NCBI GenBank assembly: GCA_041662745.1
Contig: JBAZRV010000002.1
Location: 206,919 to 238,918, forward strand
DNA: 32,000 nucleotides
Reading direction: 5' to 3'
From: Patescibacteria group bacterium
Lineage (GTDB): Bacteria; Patescibacteriota; Patescibacteriia; 2-01-FULL-39-33
The position numbers and the translations under genes are program-made. How positions within the stretch are numbered: position 1 is the first letter of the stretch; the number at the start of each line of letters is the position of its first letter. This document shows positions 17,589 through 26,111 of this stretch, piece by piece. The notes under the pieces were generated by a model that was given only the letters and a program-made list of their open reading frames with translations, was not told the origin of the DNA and did not search any database.

Positions 17589-20231
17589 ATGTCTGATGTG
17601 AAAAAGTATGTTTATTCCTTTGAAGAGGGGAATAAAGACATGAAAGAACTTCTCGGCGGCAAGGGCGCCAACCTGGCGGAAATGTCCAGCTTGGGCATTA
17701 ATGTCCCGCCGGGATTCACTATTACCACCGAGGTTTGCGACCTGTATTACCAGGCCGGAAAAACCATTACTGACGAAGTCAAAGAACAAACCAACGCCAA
17801 ATTGAAGCAGTTGGAAGAAAAAATGGGCAAGACCCTGGGTGATGCCAGCGACCCATTGCTGGTTTCCGTTCGTTCCGGCGCCGCGGCTTCCTTGCCGGGT
17901 ATGATGGACACGATTTTGAACTTGGGCCTTAATGACCAATCCGTTTTGGGTTTAGCCACTAAGACCGGCAATGCCCGTTTTGCTTGGGATTCTTATCGCC
18001 GTTTGATCCAAATGTTCGGCAATGTGGTTATGGAAGTGGAACATGCCGAATTTGAACATATTTTAGAAAATATTAAAGACACCAAAGGCGCCAAATTTGA
18101 TACCGACTTAACGGCCGAAGATTTGCAGGAAGTCGTCAACCGTTACAAAGCTAAGATCAAGGAAGTCAAGGGCATTGATTTCCCTCAAGATCCGATTGAC
18201 CAGCTGTATGCCGCTGTTAACGCCGTGTTTAACTCTTGGAATAATTATCGCGCCGTCCGCTATCGCCAGATTAATGACATTAAAGGATTAATCGGTACGG
18301 CCGTAAATATCCAAACCATGGTGTTTGGCAACTTGGGCGAAGATTCCGGCACCGGCGTTTGCTTTACCCGCAATCCGTCTACCGGCGAAGCCAAATTTTA
18401 CGGCGAATACTTGATGAACGCGCAAGGTGAAGACGTAGTCGCCGGCATCCGCACTCCGCTTGCCGTCTCTACTTTGGAACAGCAAAACCCCGCTATCTAC
18501 AAAGAATTGGTTGATACCTGCAATACCGTAGAAAAACACTATCGCGACATGCAGGACATGGAATTCACTATCCAGCAGGGCAGATTATTCATTCTGCAAA
18601 CCAGAAACGGCAAACGGACTGCCGCGGCCGCCGTGCGTATTGCTGTAGAGCTCGTCAGCGAAGGATCAATTTCCAAAGACGAGGCGATTATGCGTGTGGA
18701 ACCCAACCAATTGAATCAATTATTGCATAAACAATTGGATCCCCTGGCTAAAACTGAGGGCGAAGTTATCGCTCGCGGTCTGCCGGCCTCGCCCGGAGCC
18801 GCTGTCGGCGAAATTGTTTTTACCGCCGCCGAAGCGTTTGAAAAAACTCAAGCCGGTTTGGCTGTTATTTTGGTCCGTACGGAAACCTCTCCTGAAGACA
18901 TTGACGGCATGCATTCGGCCAAAGGCATTTTAACTGCCCGTGGCGGTATGACCTCGCACGCGGCTGTTGTGGCTCGCGGTATGGGTACTTGTTGCGTCGC
19001 CGGTTGCGCTGACATTATTATTGATGAGAAGGGTAAGACCTTAACTATTAAAGATAGCGGCTTGATTTTGAAGGAAGGCGAATGGATTTCCTTGGACGGC
19101 GCTACCGGTGAAGTGTATAACGGCAAATTAGGCACCAAAGACCCGGAATTGTCCGGCAACTTTGGCACTTTAATGGGTTGGGCCGATGAGGTCAGAAAAC
19201 TCAAAGTCCGCACTAATGCCGATACGCCCCATGATGCCGCAGTCGCCAGAAAATTTGGCGCCGAAGGTATCGGTTTGTGCCGCACCGAGCATATGTTTTT
19301 TGAGGGCGACAGAATCAAAGCTGTCAGAGAAATGATTCTGGCTTCCGATGTGGCCGGTAGAGAAAAAGCCTTAGCTAAGCTCCTGCCTTATCAGAGAGAG
19401 GATTTTATCGGGTTATTCAAAGCTATGGACGGCCAGGCCGTAACCATCCGTTTCTTGGATCCGCCATTGCATGAATTTTTGCCCAAAGAAGAAAAAGATA
19501 TTGCCGAGCTATCCGCTGAAATGAACGTGCCGATTGAGGTTCTGAAGGCTAAGATTGATGATTTGCACGAATTCAATCCGATGTTGGGCCATCGCGGTTG
19601 CCGTTTGGCCATCACTTATCCGGAAATCAATGACATGCAAGCCACGGCCGTGATTGAAGCGGCGATTGCCGTAGAAAAAGAGGGGATTAAAGTGGAACCG
19701 GAAATCATGATTCCTCTCGTGGCCTCGGTCAAAGAATTTTCAATTCTTAAGGATCGTATCGTTAAAGTAGTTGATGAAAAGTTAGCCGCCGCCGGCAGTC
19801 AGTTGAAATATAAAGTAGGCACGATGATTGAAGTGCCTCGCGCGGCTTTGATTGCCGACAAGATTGTGGAAGCCGGAGCGGAATTCTTCTCCTTCGGTAC
19901 CAATGATTTGACTCAGATGGGTGCGGGCTTATCCCGCGATGATGCCGGTAAATTCTTGAAGGAATATGTGGCGCAAGGCATTTTTGAATATGATCCCTTT
20001 GAGGTGCTGGATCAAGAGGGTATTGGCGAACTTATTCGCATTGCCATTAAGAAAGGCAGAAGCGTCAAAGAAGACTTGAAAATCGGCATTTGCGGCGAAC
20101 ACGGCGGAGAACCAAAAACCGTTAATTTCTGCCATCGGGAGGGCTTTAATTACGTGTCCTGCTCGCCGTTCCGCGTACCGATTGCTCGGTTAGCTGCGGC
20201 CCAGGCAGCGATTAAAGATAATAACAAATAG
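17589..20231 (+). CDS. ppdK: Pyruvate, phosphate dikinase
   Basis: GGKGANLAEMSSLGINVPPGFTI; phosphohistidine region LTARGGMTSHAAVVARGMGTCCV; C-terminal PEP-binding region GLCRTEHMFF, FFSFGTNDLTQMG, ICGEHGGEP. Confidence 0.97.
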   Translation: MSDVKKYVYSFEEGNKDMKELLGGKGANLAEMSSLGINVPPGFTITTEVCDLYYQAGKTITDEVKEQTNAKLKQLEEKMGKTLGDASDPLLVSVRSGAAASLPGMMDTILNLGLNDQSVLGLATKTGNARFAWDSYRRLIQMFGNVVMEVEHAEFEHILENIKDTKGAKFDTDLTAEDLQEVVNRYKAKIKEVKGIDFPQDPIDQLYAAVNAVFNSWNNYRAVRYRQINDIKGLIGTAVNIQTMVFGNLGEDSGTGVCFTRNPSTGEAKFYGEYLMNAQGEDVVAGIRTPLAVSTLEQQNPAIYKELVDTCNTVEKHYRDMQDMEFTIQQGRLFILQTRNGKRTAAAAVRIAVELVSEGSISKDEAIMRVEPNQLNQLLHKQLDPLAKTEGEVIARGLPASPGAAVGEIVFTAAEAFEKTQAGLAVILVRTETSPEDIDGMHSAKGILTARGGMTSHAAVVARGMGTCCVAGCADIIIDEKGKTLTIKDSGLILKEGEWISLDGATGEVYNGKLGTKDPELSGNFGTLMGWADEVRKLKVRTNADTPHDAAVARKFGAEGIGLCRTEHMFFEGDRIKAVREMILASDVAGREKALAKLLPYQREDFIGLFKAMDGQAVTIRFLDPPLHEFLPKEEKDIAELSAEMNVPIEVLKAKIDDLHEFNPMLGHRGCRLAITYPEINDMQATAVIEAAIAVEKEGIKVEPEIMIPLVASVKEFSILKDRIVKVVDEKLAAAGSQLKYKVGTMIEVPRAALIADKIVEAGAEFFSFGTNDLTQMGAGLSRDDAGKFLKEYVAQGIFEYDPFEVLDQEGIGELIRIAIKKGRSVKEDLKIGICGEHGGEPKTVNFCHREGFNYVSCSPFRVPIARLAAAQAAIKDNNK

Positions 20232-20302
20232 GAAATAATTTATTATTTTAGATGAAGCTGGCTCTGCCGCCAGCGGACGGAGAATTTGAGGGGACTTCCA
20301 AT

Positions 20303-20333
20303 AAAAAAACCGGTTTTTTGCCGGTTTTTTTAA
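20303..20333 (+). terminator. Rho-independent terminator after ppdK
   Basis: aaaaccgg ttttttg ccggttttttt. Confidence 0.85.
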
Positions 20334-20407
20334 TTATTTTATAATTAATTTTATCTAAAATTAGGTAATTTAATGGTTTATTTGATTAGTATTGTAAATA
20401 ACACTAT

Positions 20408-20436
20408 TGACAAATATGTCAAAGTGTGATATACTT
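20408..20436 (+). promoter_or_regulatory. Near-consensus promoter of the lipoprotein cassette
   Basis: TTGACA (20408-20413), 17 nt spacer, TGTG-A-TATACT (-10 at 20431-20436). Confidence 0.85.
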
Positions 20437-20505
20437 ATAAATTAGTCCTAGGTTGGACTAATGTGTGGTTCGTTACAAGGCAACGCAAAAAAGGAGAACA
20501 GTATC

Positions 20506-21384
20506 ATGCATCGTCACGTATCACTCATTGTCATCGGCTTTCTGGCTCTCTCAGTGACGACACTGACGGGTTGCCCGCCCATCAATGAAGCCGAACTCGG
20601 AGGGTTCGATATCGAGGGCGATCTTTCGACCGTTGTCGATAAGATCGACGACGATTTCGTCGGCGAAGTGGCCAAGGCCCTCGAAAAAGGCGGTGGCGGT
20701 GGCGGGATCGAGGGTCTGAGCCAAGAGGAGCTCCAAGCAATTGGGAATTCCATCAAGGCGCAGGCCGTGGGGATTGACATCTACCTTTACCCCAATGATG
20801 GCGGTATGGGAAAAGGCGGCGGCTCCGGTTACTACTCATTCTATATCCCAATTGTCGATCACCAGTTCCGCGCTCATTGCGGCGGAATCCGACCAGGGAA
20901 CTACAGCCTGTCCGTCTCTTTCCGGGACGAGCAGAGCAACACACTCTTGTCGGGCTGGAAAGACGTTCTGGTAGAGGGAGGGGTAAATCGGAACGAGAAC
21001 TTAGTCATGGACTTCGTCTATGGCTACCCGTTCCAGTTTTCGATCTTCGGTGGTCTCCCTGGTTGGTATCAAACCGACCAATGGGGTTATGGAGAGGCAA
21101 TGTTGGTTGCCCCGGATGGCATCAGTTACCATGTCTCCTGGACTTGGGGCAAGTCCGGGATAGTTTTCAAGGTATGCTTACCCTTGAATTTTGCCGGTGG
21201 CGTTTTGTATATCGTCGACGGTGACGGCAATGACGTCTATTGCGACTTGCCGCTCGTCATCAGCGACATTGATTGGGGTAATTTCAGGTTTTCCGATTTC
21301 TTTCATTTTCCCTACGTGGAATCGGATGCGTTGGGCGGGCTTGATCTCAACATTGGCTTCGCCTGGGAGAACCAGCGCGGCTAA
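20506..21384 (+). CDS. Hypothetical lipoprotein, Gly/aromatic-rich, compositionally atypical
   Basis: MHRHVSLIVIGFLALSVTTLTGCPPIN lipobox LTGC; SD 'aaggagaac' upstream of ATG 20506. The upstream in-frame ATG at 20461 lies within the leader. Confidence 0.85.
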   Translation: MHRHVSLIVIGFLALSVTTLTGCPPINEAELGGFDIEGDLSTVVDKIDDDFVGEVAKALEKGGGGGGIEGLSQEELQAIGNSIKAQAVGIDIYLYPNDGGMGKGGGSGYYSFYIPIVDHQFRAHCGGIRPGNYSLSVSFRDEQSNTLLSGWKDVLVEGGVNRNENLVMDFVYGYPFQFSIFGGLPGWYQTDQWGYGEAMLVAPDGISYHVSWTWGKSGIVFKVCLPLNFAGGVLYIVDGDGNDVYCDLPLVISDIDWGNFRFSDFFHFPYVESDALGGLDLNIGFAWENQRG

Positions 21385-21402
21385 GTAACAATTGTCCTTT
21401 GT

Positions 21403-21435
21403 GAGTGGGTTGCTAAAAGCAGCCCGCTCTTTTAT
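21403..21435 (+). terminator. Rho-independent terminator of the lipoprotein cassette
   Basis: About 12 bp stem gagtgggttgct / agcagcccgctc (two wobbles) plus ttttatttt. Confidence 0.75.
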
Positions 21436-21488
21436 TTTGGCTGAATTGGATATTTATGGTAAAATTAGATTATTATAAATCAGCTACT

Positions 21489-23546
21489 ATGATTAACCTT
21501 AAACCATTTTTTAATCCGCGAAGCGTGGCGATAATCGGCGCCTCCAACCATGTCGGCAAAGTCGGTAATGATGTGATGAAAAACCTCTTAGCTGATTATC
21601 GTGGCAAAATTTTCCCCGTCAATCCCTCTGAGACGCAGATAGAAGGTCAGCCGGCATACCCGTCAATTTTAAAAACGCCGCAAATCCCCGATTTGGCGAT
21701 TATTGTCGTGCCGGCGCAATTTGTTTTAACCGTAGCGGAGGAATGCGGCAAAAAAGGAACAAAAAACATTTTGATCATTTCTTCCGGTTTTAAGGAAGTC
21801 GGCGGCGAGGGAGCTAAATTGGAAGAAAAATTATTACAACTGAAAAATAAGTACAAACTGCGCATACTCGGACCGAATTGCTTAGGTTACATCAACACCA
21901 AACCGTCAGTAAACGCTTCTTTTGCCGCTACTTTCCCCAAGGCGGGCAATGTAGCCTTTTTTTCCCAATCCGGCGCCTTGGGCACGGCTATTTTAGATAC
22001 GGCCGAGGCTCAAAAGCTCGGTTTTTCTTATTTTGTATCAATGGGCAACAAATGCGACATCAACGAATTGGATCTTTTAGAGTATTTTTATCAGGATAAG
22101 AATAGCAAAGTGATAATGGCTTATCTGGAAAGTATTGCCGACGGTCAAAAATTCCTGTCTTTGGCCGATAAGATTTCCGGCAAAAAACCGATTATTGTTT
22201 TAAAATCAGGCAAGACTGCCGCCGGCAGTCAAGCCGTTTCTTCCCATACCGGGTCATTAGCCGGCGCCGCTCAAGTTTATAGCGCCGCTTTCAAGCAATC
22301 CGGCGTAATTGAAGCGCGGGACGTTATGGATTTCTTTAATTTAGCCGAGGGTTTTGCCTACCAGGATTTGCCTCGCGGCAACCAAGTGGCTATTGTCACT
22401 AACGCCGGCGGTCCGGGAATTCTTTTGACCGACTGGCTTCCTGAACACGGCTTAGAATTGGCCAAATTATCCGAAACGACTAAAGCCAAATTAAAAAAGA
22501 TTTTGCCGGCGGCGGCCAGCAACCATAATCCGGTTGATGTTTTAGGTGATGCCTTAGCCGACCGTTACGAGATCGCTTTGCGCGAAGTAGCCAGAGATAA
22601 AAATGTTGACGCCATAATCGTGGCTTTGACTCCGCAAAGGATGACGCAAATCAAAGAGACAACGGAAGCAATCGGCCGAATCAAAAAAACCACCAATAAG
22701 ACAATCATCCTATGTTTTCTGGGCGAATTGGAAATCGTCAAATACTATCAAGCTTTTGCCGATAATAAATTGCCGCAATTCAACTTTCCCGAACAGGCCG
22801 TCAGTGTTTTAAGCGCCATGGCCAAATATTACCAATATCTCAAACATAAACAGCCGGCGGCCAAGATTGCCGCCGTTAAGCCTAATAAATTATCAGCCGG
22901 CGAATTAACCGAGGATGTTTGTCGGAAATTATTGATTGAAAATGATATTCCAGTGCATCGCGCCGAGTTTATTGCGGATATTTCCTTAGCCGCCAAGGCC
23001 GGGAAAAAAATCGGCTACCCCATTGCGCTTAAAGTCGTCTCGCCCCAAGTGATGCATAAATCCGATGTCGGCGGAGTGAGGATTGGCATTAACGATGAAA
23101 CGGAATTGCTGGCCGCCATAAAAAAAATGAACACGGATATTGTTCAGAAAGTCAGGGGAGCCAAAATCAAGGGATACCTTTTGGGTGAGATGGTTAATGG
23201 TCAGCAAGTGATTGTCGGTTTGAAACGGGATCCTCAATTCGGCGCCGTTATCATGCTCGGCTTGGGCGGAATTTATACGGAAGTGTTTAAGGATGTGGTT
23301 TTTCGCGTGGCGCCCATTGATAAAAATGAAGCGCGAAAAATGATTGGGGAATTAAAAATCTATCCGCTGTTAGCCGGCGCGCGCGGCCAAAAACCGGCTG
23401 ATACTGGCGCTTTGGCGGATTTATTGGTAAGATTTTCTTATCTGGCGGCAAAGTATCCGGAATTAAAAGAGATTGATTTTAATCCGGTTATGGTATTGGA
23501 TAAGGGCAGGGGAGTAAGGGTAGTTGATGTCAGAATGGCAAAGTAA
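21489..23546 (+). CDS. Fused acyl/acetyl-CoA synthetase (ADP-forming), CoA-binding plus ATP-grasp domains
   Basis: FNPRSVAIIGASNHVGKVGNDVMKNLL; NCLGYINTKPSVNASFA; VSSHTGSLAGA; ATP-grasp IGYPIALKVVSPQVMHKSDVGGVRIG; EIDFNPVMV. ATG 21456 is an alternative start. Confidence 0.93.
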   Translation: MINLKPFFNPRSVAIIGASNHVGKVGNDVMKNLLADYRGKIFPVNPSETQIEGQPAYPSILKTPQIPDLAIIVVPAQFVLTVAEECGKKGTKNILIISSGFKEVGGEGAKLEEKLLQLKNKYKLRILGPNCLGYINTKPSVNASFAATFPKAGNVAFFSQSGALGTAILDTAEAQKLGFSYFVSMGNKCDINELDLLEYFYQDKNSKVIMAYLESIADGQKFLSLADKISGKKPIIVLKSGKTAAGSQAVSSHTGSLAGAAQVYSAAFKQSGVIEARDVMDFFNLAEGFAYQDLPRGNQVAIVTNAGGPGILLTDWLPEHGLELAKLSETTKAKLKKILPAAASNHNPVDVLGDALADRYEIALREVARDKNVDAIIVALTPQRMTQIKETTEAIGRIKKTTNKTIILCFLGELEIVKYYQAFADNKLPQFNFPEQAVSVLSAMAKYYQYLKHKQPAAKIAAVKPNKLSAGELTEDVCRKLLIENDIPVHRAEFIADISLAAKAGKKIGYPIALKVVSPQVMHKSDVGGVRIGINDETELLAAIKKMNTDIVQKVRGAKIKGYLLGEMVNGQQVIVGLKRDPQFGAVIMLGLGGIYTEVFKDVVFRVAPIDKNEARKMIGELKIYPLLAGARGQKPADTGALADLLVRFSYLAAKYPELKEIDFNPVMVLDKGRGVRVVDVRMAK

Positions 23547-23595
23547 AAACCCCGATTAAACCGGGCCGCGAGGCGCAGCGTGACAAACCCTATTA

Positions 23596-25320
23596 ATGTT
23601 GTCAATGTTCAAAAAAATAAAAAAATTAATCAGCAAAATAAACAAAGAGTCGCAGAGCATTACCTCGGCGGCTATTATTATTGGCGGTTTATCCGTCGCC
23701 AGCAGGATATTAGGCGTAATCAGGGATAGGGTGCTGGCCTCGCAGTTTGGCGCCGGGGACATTCTGGATGCTTATTATGCCGCCTTTCGCTTGCCTGATT
23801 TGGTGTATAACCTTTTAATTTTAGGGGCGGTCTCGGCCGGCTTGATTCCTATTTTCACTTCGCTTTTAGCCAAACATCAGGAAAAAGAGGCGTGGAAACT
23901 AATCAACAGTATCCTGAATCTTTTATCCGTCGCCTTATTGATCGCTTGCGGCGCATTATTTGCCTTAGCTCCGTTGTTGCTGCCGCTAATCACCCCGGGG
24001 TTTACGCTGGAAAAAATGGAACTGGCCATCGCCCTGTCCCGCATCATGTTCCTCTCGCCGATTTTTCTTGGTTTATCGTCAATCTTTTCTTCCGTTTTGC
24101 AATCACAGCGCAAATTTTTTTTGTATTCTTTAGCGCCGATCGTTTATAATCTTGGCATTATTTTCGGCGCTTTGTTTTTGGTTAAGCCTTTTGGCGTTGC
24201 GGGTTTGGCTTGGGGCGTGGTCATTGGCGCATTTTTGCATATGATTATTCAGCTTTTGCCGTTATTCGGTTCTGATTTCAAATACCGTTTGGATTTCAAT
24301 TGGCGCGACAGGCATGTTATGGAGGTGTTTAGAATGATGGTGCCACGCACCATTTCTTTGGGTGTCAGCCAATTTAACTTTTTGATCATAACCGTAGTGG
24401 CCTCAACCTTAGCCGCCGGATCATTATCCATCTTTACTTTTGCCAATAATTTACAAAACTTCCCGTTGGGAATCTTTGGCGTCTCTTTGGGTATAGCGGC
24501 TTTGCCGGTATTATCTACTCTGGCGGCGCAGAAAAAAAATCAAGAATTTGTGACGGTTGTCTCTACCACCTTCCGCCAAACATTGTTTTTAATCGTGCCG
24601 ATCGCCATTATACTTTATGTTTTGCGCGCGCAGATCGTCCGCGTGCTCTTGGGCGCCGGGCGGTTTGACTGGTATGATACCCGCCTGACTGCCGCCTCCC
24701 TGGCTATTTTTTGCATCGGTTTGTTCGCCGCCGGCGCTTATCCGCTTATTATCCGCAGTTTTTACGCCTTACATGACACCAAAACGCCTTTTTATGCCGG
24801 CTTATTGTCCATGATAGTGAATGTAACGGCGTTATTGGTTTTCCGTTTTGTTTTTTCCTTTCAGAACTGGTTTTCTTTTGCCGCCGCCGCGCTTTTACGA
24901 CTATCGGATTTGTGGGGTTATGTTGATATGCGGGTATTGGCTTTACCGGCGGCCATGTCCGTGTCGGCGATCTTTGAATTATTATTGCTCATGATCCTGT
25001 TACGCAACAAAATCGGCCGATTGGATATCAGGCGTATCGCCAATTCCGCTTGGCGCATTACCATTGCCTCCATCGGTGGTGGTTTAACGGCTTATTTTTC
25101 TTTGCGGCTTTTTGATGATTATGTGGCTACGCAAACATTCTGGGGCATCTTTTCCCAAGGGCTTATTGCCGGCATCCTGGGATTGCTCGGTTACACGGCA
25201 TTGGGGTTGATCCTAAAAATTGAAGAGATGTTTATTTTCCTAACTTCCATGAAACGAAAATTATTCAAATCGGTGGTAATTATGACTGATAGCGGCGTCA
25301 ACAATGGCAGCAGCACTTAA
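23596..25320 (+). CDS. murJ: Lipid II flippase MurJ / MviN-family polytopic protein
   Basis: SAAIIIGGLSVASRILGVIRDRVLASQFGAGDILDAYYAAFRLPDLVYNLLILGAVSAGLIPIFTSLLAK. Confidence 0.93.
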   Translation: MLSMFKKIKKLISKINKESQSITSAAIIIGGLSVASRILGVIRDRVLASQFGAGDILDAYYAAFRLPDLVYNLLILGAVSAGLIPIFTSLLAKHQEKEAWKLINSILNLLSVALLIACGALFALAPLLLPLITPGFTLEKMELAIALSRIMFLSPIFLGLSSIFSSVLQSQRKFFLYSLAPIVYNLGIIFGALFLVKPFGVAGLAWGVVIGAFLHMIIQLLPLFGSDFKYRLDFNWRDRHVMEVFRMMVPRTISLGVSQFNFLIITVVASTLAAGSLSIFTFANNLQNFPLGIFGVSLGIAALPVLSTLAAQKKNQEFVTVVSTTFRQTLFLIVPIAIILYVLRAQIVRVLLGAGRFDWYDTRLTAASLAIFCIGLFAAGAYPLIIRSFYALHDTKTPFYAGLLSMIVNVTALLVFRFVFSFQNWFSFAAAALLRLSDLWGYVDMRVLALPAAMSVSAIFELLLLMILLRNKIGRLDIRRIANSAWRITIASIGGGLTAYFSLRLFDDYVATQTFWGIFSQGLIAGILGLLGYTALGLILKIEEMFIFLTSMKRKLFKSVVIMTDSGVNNGSST

Positions 25321-25345
25321 GTTTAATCAAAAAAATACTAACCGG

Positions 25346-25385
25346 TAAAAAAATAAAAACCCCCGGCTCCAATAAAGTCGGGGGA
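25346..25385 (-). terminator. Terminator of the minus-strand exported protein gene
   Basis: Plus strand cccccggct...agtcggggg; minus-strand T-tract gggggtttttattttttt. Confidence 0.7.
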
Positions 25386-25388
25386 TGC

Positions 25389-25988
25389 TTATTTCTTAAG
25401 GTTCTTAATTTTTTCGCTAATCTGATCGGTAATGTCAAACCAACCGATCAATTCTTCGGCGGTATTATCCTTAAACCGTTCTTGCTTCTTGAGGAGTTTC
25501 ACTAAATTTTCTCGATCAGTGATTAAAGTGATGCTTTGTTTCTTGGCGTATTTATTTATTTCACGCCAGGCGGTATCGCTGCCTTGAGAAATCAATAGCC
25601 AGTAAGCGCCGCTGCTGGGGGCCAATTTACGCTCTTTTAGCTCTCGGTAGGAAGGGGTGGCCATGACCAATTCGCTATAATCAATACAACGCGGATTGAG
25701 TGCTGTCATGCCGGCCGTACCGACATACATTTTTTCAACGGGAATCTCGCCTTGGGCCAAAAATAACTCCAATTTTTCTTTGGCGGGATTGGGCTTTTCC
25801 GGCTTAACCGATTCAATTTTTTCTTCCGCGGTTTTATTTTCCTTAGTCTCTGTTTGCCGGTCAGGTGTTTTGCCGTTTGATTTACCGGTTGTAGCCGCAC
25901 CGGTTAATACCAAAGCGGCTATCAAGGCGGCGGCCATGACGATTTTTGTCGTCAAACGGCTCAGCCCGGTCGTTCGGTGCTTAACCAT
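25389..25988 (-). CDS. Exported hypothetical protein
   Basis: Signal-like N-terminus KIVMAAALIAALVLTGAA; Lys/Glu/Pro-rich linker; C-terminal alpha/beta region. Minus-strand SD 'aagaggagaaccaccatgg'. Confidence 0.8.
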   Translation of the reverse strand: MVKHRTTGLSRLTTKIVMAAALIAALVLTGAATTGKSNGKTPDRQTETKENKTAEEKIESVKPEKPNPAKEKLELFLAQGEIPVEKMYVGTAGMTALNPRCIDYSELVMATPSYRELKERKLAPSSGAYWLLISQGSDTAWREINKYAKKQSITLITDRENLVKLLKKQERFKDNTAEELIGWFDITDQISEKIKNLKK

Positions 25989-26064
25989 GGTGGTTCTCCT
26001 CTTGTTTAGGTTTAAAGGTACTGCATTTAGCGAATACTATCATAAAAGAATAAAAAAGTCAAAT

Positions 26065-26093
26065 TTGTAAATTTGGCCGAATTATGTTAAAAT
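26065..26093 (+). promoter_or_regulatory. Promoter for lepA
   Basis: TTGTAA, 17 nt spacer, TATG-T-TAAAAT. Confidence 0.55.
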
Positions 26094-26111
26094 TTTTCCA
26101 TTACCTCATTT

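Noticed and set aside
18848-19318. 156 aa minus-strand ORF inside ppdK, plus other antisense ORFs over ppdK, pyrG, recJ and tgt
   Set aside because: Fully antisense to strongly conserved genes with no independent signals. Likely chance open frames.
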